Source: a virus
Length of the DNA stretch: 64,000 bases
Reading direction: 5' to 3' (one strand)
IMG/VR virus record: IMGVR_UViG_3300024518_006178
Location: 12,837-76,836 of that record
The first letter of the stretch is position 1. Every line of letters begins with the position of its first letter. Below the pieces are notes generated by a model. The model did not search any database, was not told where the DNA came from, and saw nothing but the letters and a program-made list of their open reading frames with translations. Made by a program: the position numbers and the translations under genes. This document shows positions 36,688 through 46,797 of this stretch, in pieces.

Positions 36688-39179
36688 TGTCACAAAAGTT
36701 CATAAGTCCAGGTCTTCCGCTTACGGATCCGAACTGGAACAACATCGCGCCGACCAGCACGCAGTTCCCTATTGTTGTTCCGGATCCTCGCGGGGAGCCC
36801 AGCATCATAGCGAGCGGAGAGGGCGGTCCGTGTCCCGTATATACGACCAGCTGCGGCATCACGACGCTGAAGTTGGATTCCGAGCAAATATTCAAGGTCC
36901 TGTCAAATTTCTGGGACTTTTACACCCAACGATGTTTCCTGGCCAAGTTCTGGGAGGGGCTAGGACAAGTCCTGGACAACGAATATATCCAGGTGTTTCA
37001 GATCGGCACGTCTCGATCCGTGAATACTGTGCCCACAGAGTGGCACTACCAGTGGATACGGCTCGACGCAACCTTCGTTGATCTCGAAGGGGTTGGGGCA
37101 ATACACGATCATTTCTTCGTGGAGTTCACGGCCACTGGCGGCGAAACCACGGTAGATATTCCCCTGGCGGTGGCTCCGCAGAGGATATACGTCTACCTGA
37201 ATGGCGTGCTGCTGTCCGACTCCGCGATTATGGGCGCATCGATAAACTGGGAATATGATGCGGGGAACAAGCAGATACTATTCTATGATCCGCTTGTCCT
37301 TGACGACCATGTGTTTGTTTCGTGGCTCGAAGAGAGCGACGTGCTTACAAATCCTCACGAGCACTACATTTTCTTCGAGCAGCCTGGCCTAGCAAAGAGC
37401 GTCTGGACTGATGCCGTCGGAGATGCGTTCGATCCGGACCTACGGAGTTCGTATGAGTCAGGGTCTGCGGACAATCCAATCAATGTGTATGCGAACGGCG
37501 TTAGGCAGGAAAGGACCGCGAACTATACGGAAGATAGCGACACGTCGCTAACCCTGCTGGATACGATCACGACCCCGGAAACGATTGCGCTCCACTGGCG
37601 CAATGCGTTCCCGGAGGCCGTCCCCCATAGCCACGACACCTTTTCTCTTCTGGTGTCAAGCCCGCAGCTCGCCGTGGAGCTGCCGTTCAATCTGGACGCA
37701 GGCGAGGCCAAGGAGCGCGTATCGGTAAATGGCGTATTGCAGATCAGGGGCATCGATTACTCTCTACAGGCCATAAACACGCTATATTTCAATGGCGACA
37801 CTCTTGTCGCCAACGACATTGTAGTCGTGGAGAGCTGGGCGGACCCAAGAGGGTTTGCGTACAAGATCGATAACTCCATCATAAGGATGCCCTTCCTTCA
37901 GAATGGCATTGACGAAACGGCCATCAATGGCCCCGACCTCTGCTTCAGGGAGGGCGTCGAGTATATAGTCGAGAACGTGCCGGATCCTGAGACGGGCGTT
38001 CAGATCAGGGTCGTTCGCATCAATCAAGCCTTGGATCTCGATGATACAGAGTGGTGGATCCCCGATCTCTATGTCAATGAGATGGTCATCGAGAAGAACT
38101 TCGGTGATCCCGTGGGCTTCATTCTGGAGAATGGCGAATTCTACAAGCTGGCAACCCGGGCGTTTTGGCATGCCCTGTGGAATGGTGCGGACATAGCCAT
38201 TGTCGAGAACACGCTCAAGGCCCTGTCGAACCTCCCCTTCACAGCAGAGGGCGGGCGCGTCACGGTTGTGCGCGACAATGGCGACGACACGTTCCTCTTG
38301 CGTCTGGATAATGGTGAGGAGTTCACCGTGCCCGTGGGGTTCCTCCCCGTCTACGAGGTGAACGACATAGTTCCGCCATTCTCTGGGCTGTCTGATGGCG
38401 TAAAGGTCTACGATAGCTTCAACTATCCTGGATGGCCGAACCTAGTAGACGACATTATTGAGACGCTGAATAAGTTTTCAGTCAACGGCCCCATATCGGG
38501 CTGGTGGGATGATGGTGGAGAGCTTGACGACGGAGGCAATTTCGACGAGTGGCCAGAGGCGACAGAGGAGGAGATCTCTGACCTGGTCGAGGCCATGAAG
38601 CCGCATCTCTTTGTTGTGGAGTTCAACGACCTTGTCTTTGCGATAGATAACCCCTCGATACCGGGCGACACGTTCTCGGCTCGCGTCGAGAATTACCTGG
38701 CCAGCATAGAGTCGCTCCTGGAGCAGCTCAAGCCCGCGTATACGAACTACGTGATAATCGTCAAACTGACAGGCGAGGAGTTCGAGGAGGACTACTTTGC
38801 TCAGTTCCCGGCGACAGACGAGCTTGACCTTGATCCCAGCATGGCTGGCACGACAGAATCGTGGGACAACTTCGATGACGGCGGGTTCTTCGACACGAAC
38901 TTCGGCGGGGTGTTCCAGACGGCGGCCACCGGAATTGACCCGGACATTAGTCTCCCGGCAGAGCTGTCGTACAACGTCGGGTTCAGTGAGATTGTGGTGT
39001 ATGTCGACGGCGTGCTCCAGGTCATAACCGTTGGGTTCAACGAGATCGACAACGTGACCGTCGAAGTCGTCGGCACGTTCTCGGGTGGCGAAGTCATCGA
39101 GATCTACAGAGACGACACGGGCGAGATCCCGTACGACCACCGTGGTCCCTCAGAGGAGGTGACTATTGTTTTGTCGTGA
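36687..39179 (+). CDS. Baseplate wedge/tail protein with repeated beta-sandwich modules
   Basis: Repeated VY.NGV.Q modules; LKPAYT motif typical of baseplate I-like C-termini. Confidence 0.6.
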   Translation: MSQKFISPGLPLTDPNWNNIAPTSTQFPIVVPDPRGEPSIIASGEGGPCPVYTTSCGITTLKLDSEQIFKVLSNFWDFYTQRCFLAKFWEGLGQVLDNEYIQVFQIGTSRSVNTVPTEWHYQWIRLDATFVDLEGVGAIHDHFFVEFTATGGETTVDIPLAVAPQRIYVYLNGVLLSDSAIMGASINWEYDAGNKQILFYDPLVLDDHVFVSWLEESDVLTNPHEHYIFFEQPGLAKSVWTDAVGDAFDPDLRSSYESGSADNPINVYANGVRQERTANYTEDSDTSLTLLDTITTPETIALHWRNAFPEAVPHSHDTFSLLVSSPQLAVELPFNLDAGEAKERVSVNGVLQIRGIDYSLQAINTLYFNGDTLVANDIVVVESWADPRGFAYKIDNSIIRMPFLQNGIDETAINGPDLCFREGVEYIVENVPDPETGVQIRVVRINQALDLDDTEWWIPDLYVNEMVIEKNFGDPVGFILENGEFYKLATRAFWHALWNGADIAIVENTLKALSNLPFTAEGGRVTVVRDNGDDTFLLRLDNGEEFTVPVGFLPVYEVNDIVPPFSGLSDGVKVYDSFNYPGWPNLVDDIIETLNKFSVNGPISGWWDDGGELDDGGNFDEWPEATEEEISDLVEAMKPHLFVVEFNDLVFAIDNPSIPGDTFSARVENYLASIESLLEQLKPAYTNYVIIVKLTGEEFEEDYFAQFPATDELDLDPSMAGTTESWDNFDDGGFFDTNFGGVFQTAATGIDPDISLPAELSYNVGFSEIVVYVDGVLQVITVGFNEIDNVTVEVVGTFSGGEVIEIYRDDTGEIPYDHRGPSEEVTIVLS

Positions 39180-39197
39180 GTTACAAATGTATATACA

Positions 39198-39226
39198 TTG
39201 CCAGCGAACACCATGGCGGCTATAAT
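39198..39226 (+). promoter_or_regulatory. Sigma70-like promoter for the fibre/lysis genes
   Basis: TTGCCA-N17-TATAAT. Confidence 0.6.
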
Positions 39227-39247
39227 TGAGCCCCAAGGAGAAGAGAT

Positions 39248-39724
39248 ATGAAGCGACTGGATGAAAAATTTACGGGCCCCTCCGGCGAGGTGCTAATCGA
39301 GGGGTTCGGCCCTGACGGTGGGCGAGTTCTCGTGCGCAAGGCCAACTTGATCGTGGATCGCGGCAGAGAGCTCATGGCTGATTACTACGGAGGCATATTC
39401 TCCGACCCGATTGCCCAGATCGCTCTGGGCGACAATGGGGATCCGGGCAACACGCCTCCGCCCCCGGCTGTAGGGGATACTGCGCTCGGAGGCGAGATTG
39501 TTGGAGGCCGCAAGCCGCTTGGGTCCACCACTAGACCCACCCTGCTCAGGACCGAGTTCCAGGTGACGTATGGCACAACGGAGGCCAACACCACGATGAA
39601 CGAGGCGGGGCTTTTCGCTGGAGCCATCGCCCCCGCGCCCATTATGGTGGCGCGTGTGGTTTTTGCACCGTTCACAAAGACAATCGCGCTCACGCTGACG
39701 ATCACGTGGAAGATAACGTTCTAG
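39248..39724 (+). CDS. Tail fibre attachment/collar-like protein
   Basis: NLIVDRG...IALG...DTAL.GE...NEAGLF...LTITWKITF. Confidence 0.65.
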   Translation: MKRLDEKFTGPSGEVLIEGFGPDGGRVLVRKANLIVDRGRELMADYYGGIFSDPIAQIALGDNGDPGNTPPPPAVGDTALGGEIVGGRKPLGSTTRPTLLRTEFQVTYGTTEANTTMNEAGLFAGAIAPAPIMVARVVFAPFTKTIALTLTITWKITF

Positions 39725-39737
39725 TAGGGACCCTATA

Positions 39738-41714
39738 ATGTCACAGAATATCACGCTAGAGTCCAAGGCTAAGCGGTCTTCTATTATCCAGAATAGAAGG
39801 TTTCTCGGCATACTCCCCGGCGGGAAGTATAAGGGTTTCTATATTACGGCCAGCGGCTCCAACCTGGTCCTGGGGCTGTCGTCGATCAATCCGGCGACGC
39901 TCCTTGACGACGGAACAAACATTCTTCTCACCGAAGAGGGCATCCGGATCGAGGAGGATGCTGATATTGCCGCTGTTGTCACCCTGGCACCCGGGGATCC
40001 GGATCCTAGAATCGACCTGGTGGCAACGAAGCATCGATACAGTGCCGCAAATGAGCCAGCAGAGCACGTTGTCATACCTGGTTTGGCGGCTCCTTCGCCT
40101 ATTGCGCCGGACATTCCTGTGGATGGATTCCAGTACGTGGTTCTCGCCCAGGTAACGGTTGGCGCGTCGGCAACGGATGTTGATCAAACCGACGTGAACA
40201 ATCTGTCGCTGGTGGCGATTAGCGTGACGACCCAGCCGCTGGTGTCGCTTTCGGACGTTAGTCCGAGTGAAGCGGACGCCTTCCAGAATATGAATGCGCC
40301 GAGTCTGGCGAATCCCACGGCCACAATTCAGGACATTACCGACGCCCTATTGGGTTTTGTTGCGAGCGTAGACGACCTCGGGCACTGGAAGGTGTCGGCG
40401 CAGAGCACCCCTTCCAGTAGTGTCGATGTGACCGGGGGAAGAGCCTACAACCCCGAGATGGATACGACTACGGTTATTGCGGCGGGCACCGTGGGCCCGT
40501 TTGCGGTGGTACCGAGCGGCGGGGACACGCGAACAGACCTCATTGTCGTCAATCAGACGACCCAAGCCTTCGCGGTGCGTTCTGGCGTCGTGAACGGCGC
40601 TATCGGCCAACCGTTGTTTGCCGACTATCCCGTGGCGCGCGTATTCGTAAATGAGACTTCAGGGGTTGTGATTGATGCGGCGGATATTACCGACGTAAAG
40701 CCCCTCTTCTGGAGGCACGACCAGAGGGTGTCCGGCCTCTTCTATGAGGATGGAAGCCCGGTCGATTCTGGCGTTGCGGACGGGCTACAGGCCTCTGAGG
40801 CGTCGTCGCCTGGCTCCGGAAACCGGTATCTTACGAATGACGACCTTGATTTGGCCGGGGCCGACTCGATTGGATACGTGCCGAGCGCGGCTGGCAACTG
40901 GGTGATCACCGCCCCCGACGATGTTGCCAACGCCCTTGACCGTGCTGTCGCCAGGCTTGCCTTGGTCGAAGAGATTCCGATTGTCAATAAAGAGCTCTTC
41001 ATAGGCGAAACGCCATCGACCATAACCAAGGACAATTACTACGTCAATGCTGGTATCAAATGCACATTGGTGGATAATCCTGCGGCACCGACAAAGAGGC
41101 GCACGTATACGGCCCCATCAACCATAACGGGCACGGTGTCGTCGAGCGGCCTAAACGGCTTGGACTTCGGCACGTTGGCCATCAACACTTGGTATCACAT
41201 TTACCTCATTGGCGACTCGACGAATATAAGCCCTCTGGCGACAGTGTTCTCCGCCAATGCCTCGGCCCCGACGTATCCAACCGGATACGATATATCTAGA
41301 CGCATAGGATCCATGCGGACAAATGGTTCCAGCGAGGCGCTGCGGGCAAGCAGCTTCGATGGGTGGACCAGCATGTGGAGTCCGCAAATAGCGGCGCTGT
41401 CCTCCCCCGTCGTGCTTCCAGGGGCCACCATTGGTCTAGGGGTGCACGTCCCTCCCGGGTGCCGGAAGGCGCGTATGACGGTCGACTATGCGGCCTCGGG
41501 GGGCGACACGCTGTACACGGCGATAGGCACCCTCGCGCCCACTAATGATGTGAATATGTGGAAGCGAGTGGTGGCTCATGTGGGGGCCGTGGCGGATATA
41601 CAGGTCCAGTGGATGCAGCATCTGGACGGCTCATCCCAATTTTATGTCGCCACTGCATCGGCACTCGCAACCCTTTTCGACGTTCAGGTTGACGAATATT
41701 TCGAGGAACTCTGA
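39738..41714 (+). CDS. Tail fibre protein
   Basis: PRIDLV and TRTDLIV modules; C-terminal WYHIYLI...PTGYD..RRIGS domain. Confidence 0.7.
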   Translation: MSQNITLESKAKRSSIIQNRRFLGILPGGKYKGFYITASGSNLVLGLSSINPATLLDDGTNILLTEEGIRIEEDADIAAVVTLAPGDPDPRIDLVATKHRYSAANEPAEHVVIPGLAAPSPIAPDIPVDGFQYVVLAQVTVGASATDVDQTDVNNLSLVAISVTTQPLVSLSDVSPSEADAFQNMNAPSLANPTATIQDITDALLGFVASVDDLGHWKVSAQSTPSSSVDVTGGRAYNPEMDTTTVIAAGTVGPFAVVPSGGDTRTDLIVVNQTTQAFAVRSGVVNGAIGQPLFADYPVARVFVNETSGVVIDAADITDVKPLFWRHDQRVSGLFYEDGSPVDSGVADGLQASEASSPGSGNRYLTNDDLDLAGADSIGYVPSAAGNWVITAPDDVANALDRAVARLALVEEIPIVNKELFIGETPSTITKDNYYVNAGIKCTLVDNPAAPTKRRTYTAPSTITGTVSSSGLNGLDFGTLAINTWYHIYLIGDSTNISPLATVFSANASAPTYPTGYDISRRIGSMRTNGSSEALRASSFDGWTSMWSPQIAALSSPVVLPGATIGLGVHVPPGCRKARMTVDYAASGGDTLYTAIGTLAPTNDVNMWKRVVAHVGAVADIQVQWMQHLDGSSQFYVATASALATLFDVQVDEYFEEL

Positions 41715-41716
41715 GC

Positions 41717-43459
41717 ATGGCACAGTCACAGCATCCAGAATTCGGCCAGAATAGATTCAGTATTGCTCTGGTTGACGGCCTCAAAAACATCGTGGACCCG
41801 GGTGTTTACTCCGGGTTCAAGGTGGTGGTGGTTACAGCCACCTTCGACATAGAGATTCGCAACCTGGGCGTGGTGGGTCGAGCCAAGACGACGAGCGGCG
41901 TCACCATCGAGGATAACGACACCTCTAGCGCCCTAGATACCATCTCCGTTATTCCGACCCCAAACTTGGGCGAGACAAGAATCATTGTGGCCGTAATGAG
42001 GTATGCCCATTTGTTGAGCGCGGTTGCGACCTACGAGTTGGTTTATGGAGCTCAGACTGCTGGCGTGCCCGTAAAACCTGTTATCCCTACGGACGCGATA
42101 GAGCTAGCGTCGTGGGAGCTCCCAGAGACTGCGGCGGACATGGACGACGCGGTGAACTTCACCAACGTGCTCGAAAGCAATGTCGCTGGCCAGCCCTTGG
42201 CTCCTGCTGACGCCACCAACATTTCTGACATTCTTTTGACCGGTGCTGACGGTGGGTCTGAAGACAAGTGGTCCCGTTCTGACCACTCGCACAACCACAA
42301 CAACCTGTCCGCTGTGCCGACAGGGTCGCCTCACGACCTGGGGCAGATTGGTGTCGCCCCAACGACCGCTGGCGACTGGGTGGCCCCGCCGACGGACGCT
42401 CAACTGGCGCTCGATGAGCTTGCGGCTCGCCTCACCACCGCAGTCGCGCCTGAGGATATTGGTGTGGCGGCGGCGGCAGGAACATCGAAAGAAGCTGCTC
42501 GTGCCGACCACGAGCACGATCATGGTGACCTAACGGGCAACGTGGCCACGCACCACGATACTGTCCAATCGGTTCATACTCAGGCCAATCCAGCAGCCTG
42601 GGCTACACCCGATGGGGGCACCGTCAAGGCGCACCTGGATGAGCTGGCGGGCGTTGGTGCGGCCAGCGTGCTTTATGAAACCACGGGCCTTTCCATAGAG
42701 TGGGGCTCGACCATTGATCAAGCAGTCGTAAAGGAGGGCTTGAGCGTAGTCCTTTACGACGAAATGGCGGGCGTGCCCGGAATAAGCGCCACGCCGACGC
42801 TGGCGCTGGGTGCCCGGTATACCGCTGACCTCACGCTTGATAAAACGACCGCAACAAGCGCCTTGGGCCGTGACGTTGCAGGTGCTTTCTCAATTGACAC
42901 ATGGGTTGGGCTTTTCGCCATCGGCGACACGTCCGGCGTAGCGAGCCCGTCGTTCATCTTCTCCCAGGACTTCACCAATGGTCCGACCTTGCCTGGCACC
43001 TATGATGTTTTCCGGCTTCTGTCGATGGGCCGGAATGATGGCAGCGGGGAGCTTATCCCTAGCCGCAAGATCGGCAAGACTACAATGTACCTGGATGAGC
43101 AGCTGGTGTTTTCAGGAGCCCCGCCTATAAGCACGATGGACGGGATCACCACGAGTGAGTTTATGCCGACCGAGGATTTGGGCGATCTCATTGGGCACTA
43201 CGGCGCTAATGGTGGTTCCGGGTCCAACCAGGTCTCGACGATGTGGCTGGCCCACGGGAGCAAAATTGGCGCTACCAACGAGGGCTACATCGCCCTGCGG
43301 TCGTTCGCCAACTTTTCCGGTTCCATGGCCGTGGGCAACGCGTTGAGCGTGCCCACGCGGGGTGGGGCTGCCGATAATATTGCAAAATCTAGAAACAATG
43401 GCGTCGCCTTTACGGGTGCCGATGTTCTTGTGCAGGGGTGGGATGACAACATCGTTTAA
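41717..43459 (+). CDS. Tail fibre protein (paralog of 39738-41714)
   Basis: Similar N- and C-terminal domains; RSDHSH/RADHEH His motifs. Confidence 0.7.
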   Translation: MAQSQHPEFGQNRFSIALVDGLKNIVDPGVYSGFKVVVVTATFDIEIRNLGVVGRAKTTSGVTIEDNDTSSALDTISVIPTPNLGETRIIVAVMRYAHLLSAVATYELVYGAQTAGVPVKPVIPTDAIELASWELPETAADMDDAVNFTNVLESNVAGQPLAPADATNISDILLTGADGGSEDKWSRSDHSHNHNNLSAVPTGSPHDLGQIGVAPTTAGDWVAPPTDAQLALDELAARLTTAVAPEDIGVAAAAGTSKEAARADHEHDHGDLTGNVATHHDTVQSVHTQANPAAWATPDGGTVKAHLDELAGVGAASVLYETTGLSIEWGSTIDQAVVKEGLSVVLYDEMAGVPGISATPTLALGARYTADLTLDKTTATSALGRDVAGAFSIDTWVGLFAIGDTSGVASPSFIFSQDFTNGPTLPGTYDVFRLLSMGRNDGSGELIPSRKIGKTTMYLDEQLVFSGAPPISTMDGITTSEFMPTEDLGDLIGHYGANGGSGSNQVSTMWLAHGSKIGATNEGYIALRSFANFSGSMAVGNALSVPTRGGAADNIAKSRNNGVAFTGADVLVQGWDDNIV

Positions 43460-43473
43460 GAGGAGGATAGCGC

Positions 43474-43947
43474 ATGGTACCGGCAATTATGTTGGCTCAG
43501 GTAAGTGACGAGGCGGGACAGGCTGCTCTTGATGCAGCCATTCAGGCTGCGACTGCATTGGCGCAGGGCGGCAGCGTGGTTTGGAAGATCGTGCTTATTG
43601 TGCTCACGTTGGTGGGCGCACCCTTAGCGGCGCTTGCGATCTTCTATATCAACAAGTTGATGAAGAAGACGGGCATTGAGTTCGGCGAGACCTTGCAGAT
43701 AATGGTTCGTAGTCAGGCCGACCGGGTTATCGATCAGGTGGAGGCCTGGGCCAATAAGAAAGCCAAAGAGGGAAGCAAGCAGGACAGTAAGTCCAAGCTG
43801 GCGAAGGGCCTGGCCCTGCTGACTGCTGTGCTAGAGTCTACTGGCGCAGACAAGATGGTGTCCAGCAAGCTTGAGCATATTCTTGAGGAGCGTCTCATGG
43901 CGCGTAACATCGTAAAAACCGAGGGGTCCAGCTCGGACCCTTCTTAA
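43474..43947 (+). CDS. Putative holin
   Basis: N-terminal TM segment followed by a charged helical domain (LL-H holin-like layout). Confidence 0.5.
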   Translation: MVPAIMLAQVSDEAGQAALDAAIQAATALAQGGSVVWKIVLIVLTLVGAPLAALAIFYINKLMKKTGIEFGETLQIMVRSQADRVIDQVEAWANKKAKEGSKQDSKSKLAKGLALLTAVLESTGADKMVSSKLEHILEERLMARNIVKTEGSSSDPS

Positions 43948-43959
43948 CCGGCAAAGGAG

Positions 43960-44217
43960 ATGGTGATGCGAAAGATTCTTATTCCGCTCGTTTTGGTGGC
44001 CTTGTTGCTGCCAGCGTGCAATCCGCTTTCGAAGCTGGGGCAGGACGCGGTGAAACAGAACCGCGAGAACGTGGCGTGGATGAGCACGGAGCTGACGAGG
44101 TATCTGGACAAGGACGAGAAAGAGGACAAGGACACGCTGGACGACGTGAGACTGGGGATCAAAAAGGCCATGAGCCTGGCTCTCAAGATCGAGAAACAGG
44201 TCAAGGAGGACAAATAA
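43960..44217 (+). CDS. Lipoprotein (possible spanin component)
   Basis: MRKILIPLVLVALLLPA-C lipobox. Confidence 0.6.
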   Translation: MVMRKILIPLVLVALLLPACNPLSKLGQDAVKQNRENVAWMSTELTRYLDKDEKEDKDTLDDVRLGIKKAMSLALKIEKQVKEDK

Positions 44218-44546
44218 TGGGAACCGAAGAACAAATCTCCAAGCTGGCGGACTCGCTCAAGGATCAAATCGTGAGCGACGCGGCCACAGTCATCAAGGAC
44301 ATGACCGCTGAAGACACGGAGTTCTTCGCGGATCTGGCCAAGCGATACGCCAAGGCGTATTTCAAGAAGAAGACGGGCGACGCAGATGATCAGGCGTCCG
44401 CCGAGAGGAGCATCGAGGCTCTTGACATTGCCATGGGCTCCAAGGTCGCCGAGCGTGGGCTCGACTTCATTGAGCACGGCCAGGACATGTTGATGAGCAT
44501 CCTGAAGACCGTGGGCAAGACCGTGCTCACGCTCGCCCTTGCGTAG
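44217..44546 (+). CDS. Hypothetical protein
   Basis: Start reassigned to MGTEEQ (TAATG coupling, AGGAGG RBS). Confidence 0.6.
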   Translation: MGTEEQISKLADSLKDQIVSDAATVIKDMTAEDTEFFADLAKRYAKAYFKKKTGDADDQASAERSIEALDIAMGSKVAERGLDFIEHGQDMLMSILKTVGKTVLTLALA

Positions 44547-44555
44547 GAGTAGGCC

Positions 44556-45164
44556 ATGAGCCTAGCCATCGAGTGGACCGTTGTGGAGGGCGCGTTCAGC
44601 TACACTGTTCAGCGCTCTCCAGCTGGCGGAAACAGTTTCGTAGATATAGCTACGGATGAGTCGGGGCCGGTGTATATAGATACAACGAACCCCAGTGACT
44701 TCACGTTGCTATATCAGGTCATCGCCATAGACTCGAAGGGCGATGAGCTTGGATCCAATCCGACCACGCCGCTCACCATCTATGAGGTGGATGAGACGAC
44801 GTTGTGCTGCCTGTCTGGTAGGCTTGTCGATGCCACGGGGCGACCCCTGGATGACGCCGAGGTGCGCATCTATGAGCGTCCTGGGGACGAAAAGTTCTAT
44901 CAGGACCTGCGGACAAACATCGGTGACGATGCTCATCAGTTCTCGGATGCGGATGATCTTATTGAGGCCTCCTGGGAGCGGGAGGTCCAGACGGATGGCC
45001 AGGGCCGATTCCAGATCTACCTGCTGCGCAACAAGCTGTTCGTCGTGTTCGAGCCAAGGACGAAGCTAAAGCTGTGGTTCATGGTCCCGGACCAGGTCGC
45101 TGTCGGTCTGCACGAGATCGAGGGCACATTCGGATACCGGATCAGGATACACAATCCGTTCTAA
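44556..45164 (+). CDS. Virion-associated protein with FN3-like and transthyretin-like beta-sandwich
   Basis: W..VEGA.SY.VQR; LSGRLVDATGRPL...TDGQGRF. Confidence 0.5.
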   Translation: MSLAIEWTVVEGAFSYTVQRSPAGGNSFVDIATDESGPVYIDTTNPSDFTLLYQVIAIDSKGDELGSNPTTPLTIYEVDETTLCCLSGRLVDATGRPLDDAEVRIYERPGDEKFYQDLRTNIGDDAHQFSDADDLIEASWEREVQTDGQGRFQIYLLRNKLFVVFEPRTKLKLWFMVPDQVAVGLHEIEGTFGYRIRIHNPF

Positions 45165-45174
45165 GGGTTAGAGA

Positions 45175-46521
45175 ATGCCTACACCGACTGGCGTAACGAT
45201 GACGATCAACACGGGCGACGAGGCCACAAACGACCTCGACGTGACCCTGAGCATCGCCGCCACAGGCGCGGATGAGATGCGCTTCTCGAACAACGGCGGC
45301 TTTAGCTGGTCGCCGTTCGAGGCGTACGCCACATCCAAAGCCTGGAACATGTCCGACTTCGATGGCTTGGCCAGCGAGGGCATTAAGACGGTCCTCATGG
45401 AGGTCCGGGATCTTTTTGATGACGAACGAGCCCAGGTAACGGACTTCATCCTCTTCGACGTGCCCGTCCCCAGGATCGTTTTTGATGCGCTAACACCGCC
45501 GTTTCAGAGGTCGGACACCAATATAGTCGAAATACCCTACGCGGGATTCGAGGACTCCCTGGCGGCTGCTGACGCCGTGGCTCTTCTTGGTGCAGAGATT
45601 GATACCAGCGGGCTATTTACTGGGGGTGAATTAGACCTTCTGGAGCTCCCTGGCGACTCCCTGAATGACGGAAGGGTGGGCCTGCTCTTCTCAAATGCGG
45701 GAGAGAGCCTGGTCTTTGTGGCGGATCTCCTCGGAACATTTGGCATGGAGATCGCCAGCGCTGCAACACGTGTCCGCCTGAAGCCCCAGTTCGGGTCGAA
45801 AACCGGCGACTGGGCTGTGTCCCCGGCATTTACCATTCAGATACAGGATCCTCCTGTCACTGAGGAGCTGGGCCGGAAGACGATTCCGGGGCGCGCTATC
45901 ACGCTCGTGGCCTATTTCCGGAACGCCCTCAATGAGCTTGAGGACCCCACGGTTGGCCCGACCCTGGAGGAGGTTTTGGACTCGACGGACACCGATCAGC
46001 TCGGTGGGTCTGTTCCAATGGTGTCGACGGTTGCTGGGGTATGGACCTATAGCTTCACGCCAGCGGTCACCGACCCGGTGGGGCAATGGCGATACAGGGT
46101 CAGCTACGAGATGGGGGGACCCGTTGGCGCAGAAGAGCTGCTGGGATTCTTCATCGTAGAAACCCCCACCGTGGCTTCGTTCCCGCTTCAGAACGACACA
46201 TGCGTGCTGTACGGCGATCTGTTTCTGGGCGACGGAATGCCCTTCGAGAATGCGCTGGTCCAGGTCGCGCCCCACCATTTGTCGGATCCCGAGCTGGGGA
46301 ATACGACCAGCGTCTCTACCTCGCGCAGGGAAGTTCTTACGGATGCAAACGGACATTTCGAGATAGAGATGATCAGGAATACAGAGGTAGTGGTGCGAAT
46401 TCCCGATCTGGGCTACAAGCAGTTCGGTAAGATACCCGACGATGACGCCGCCGAGTACAAGACTATTACCACCCTGCTGCCGACCGGCACGCGAGATAAG
46501 TTCGGCAACAGGGTCCCATAG
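45175..46521 (+). CDS. Virion-associated Ig-like multi-domain protein
   Basis: INTGDEATN..VTL...EMRFSN; C-terminal domain resembles the preceding gene (TDANGHF). Confidence 0.5.
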   Translation: MPTPTGVTMTINTGDEATNDLDVTLSIAATGADEMRFSNNGGFSWSPFEAYATSKAWNMSDFDGLASEGIKTVLMEVRDLFDDERAQVTDFILFDVPVPRIVFDALTPPFQRSDTNIVEIPYAGFEDSLAAADAVALLGAEIDTSGLFTGGELDLLELPGDSLNDGRVGLLFSNAGESLVFVADLLGTFGMEIASAATRVRLKPQFGSKTGDWAVSPAFTIQIQDPPVTEELGRKTIPGRAITLVAYFRNALNELEDPTVGPTLEEVLDSTDTDQLGGSVPMVSTVAGVWTYSFTPAVTDPVGQWRYRVSYEMGGPVGAEELLGFFIVETPTVASFPLQNDTCVLYGDLFLGDGMPFENALVQVAPHHLSDPELGNTTSVSTSRREVLTDANGHFEIEMIRNTEVVVRIPDLGYKQFGKIPDDDAAEYKTITTLLPTGTRDKFGNRVP

Positions 46522-46523
46522 CT

Positions 46524-46555
46524 AAAAAAGGGGGGCGGCAATGCGCCCGCCCCCC
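46524..46555 (-). terminator. Intrinsic terminator at convergent junction (ends the retron operon)
   Basis: GGGGGGCGG/CCGCCCCCC stem with U6 on the minus strand. Confidence 0.65.
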
Positions 46556-46560
46556 GTGTA

Positions 46561-46749
46561 CTACCTCTTCTTCATTCGAGTCCCGGTCAGCGTCAGCACG
46601 CTGCTCGGCTCGAACATCATTGGGTCAGAGTCTCCTTGTTTGTTAGACCTGACCCTCTTCGCGATCTGCGCGCCGAAGTACAGCGCGGCACCTAAATACA
46701 TCGAAACCTCGATGCCAACATCGACCCAACTAACAGCAGTTCTCTTCAT
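46561..46749 (-). CDS. Small hydrophobic protein
   Basis: GGAGG RBS; hydrophobic stretch VGIEVSMYLGAALYFGAQI. Confidence 0.4.
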   Translation of the reverse strand: MKRTAVSWVDVGIEVSMYLGAALYFGAQIAKRVRSNKQGDSDPMMFEPSSVLTLTGTRMKKR

Positions 46750-46797
46750 GCTTCGCCCTCCAGGTTTTGACTCCCAACATGGGAGCTTTTTCCGGGG

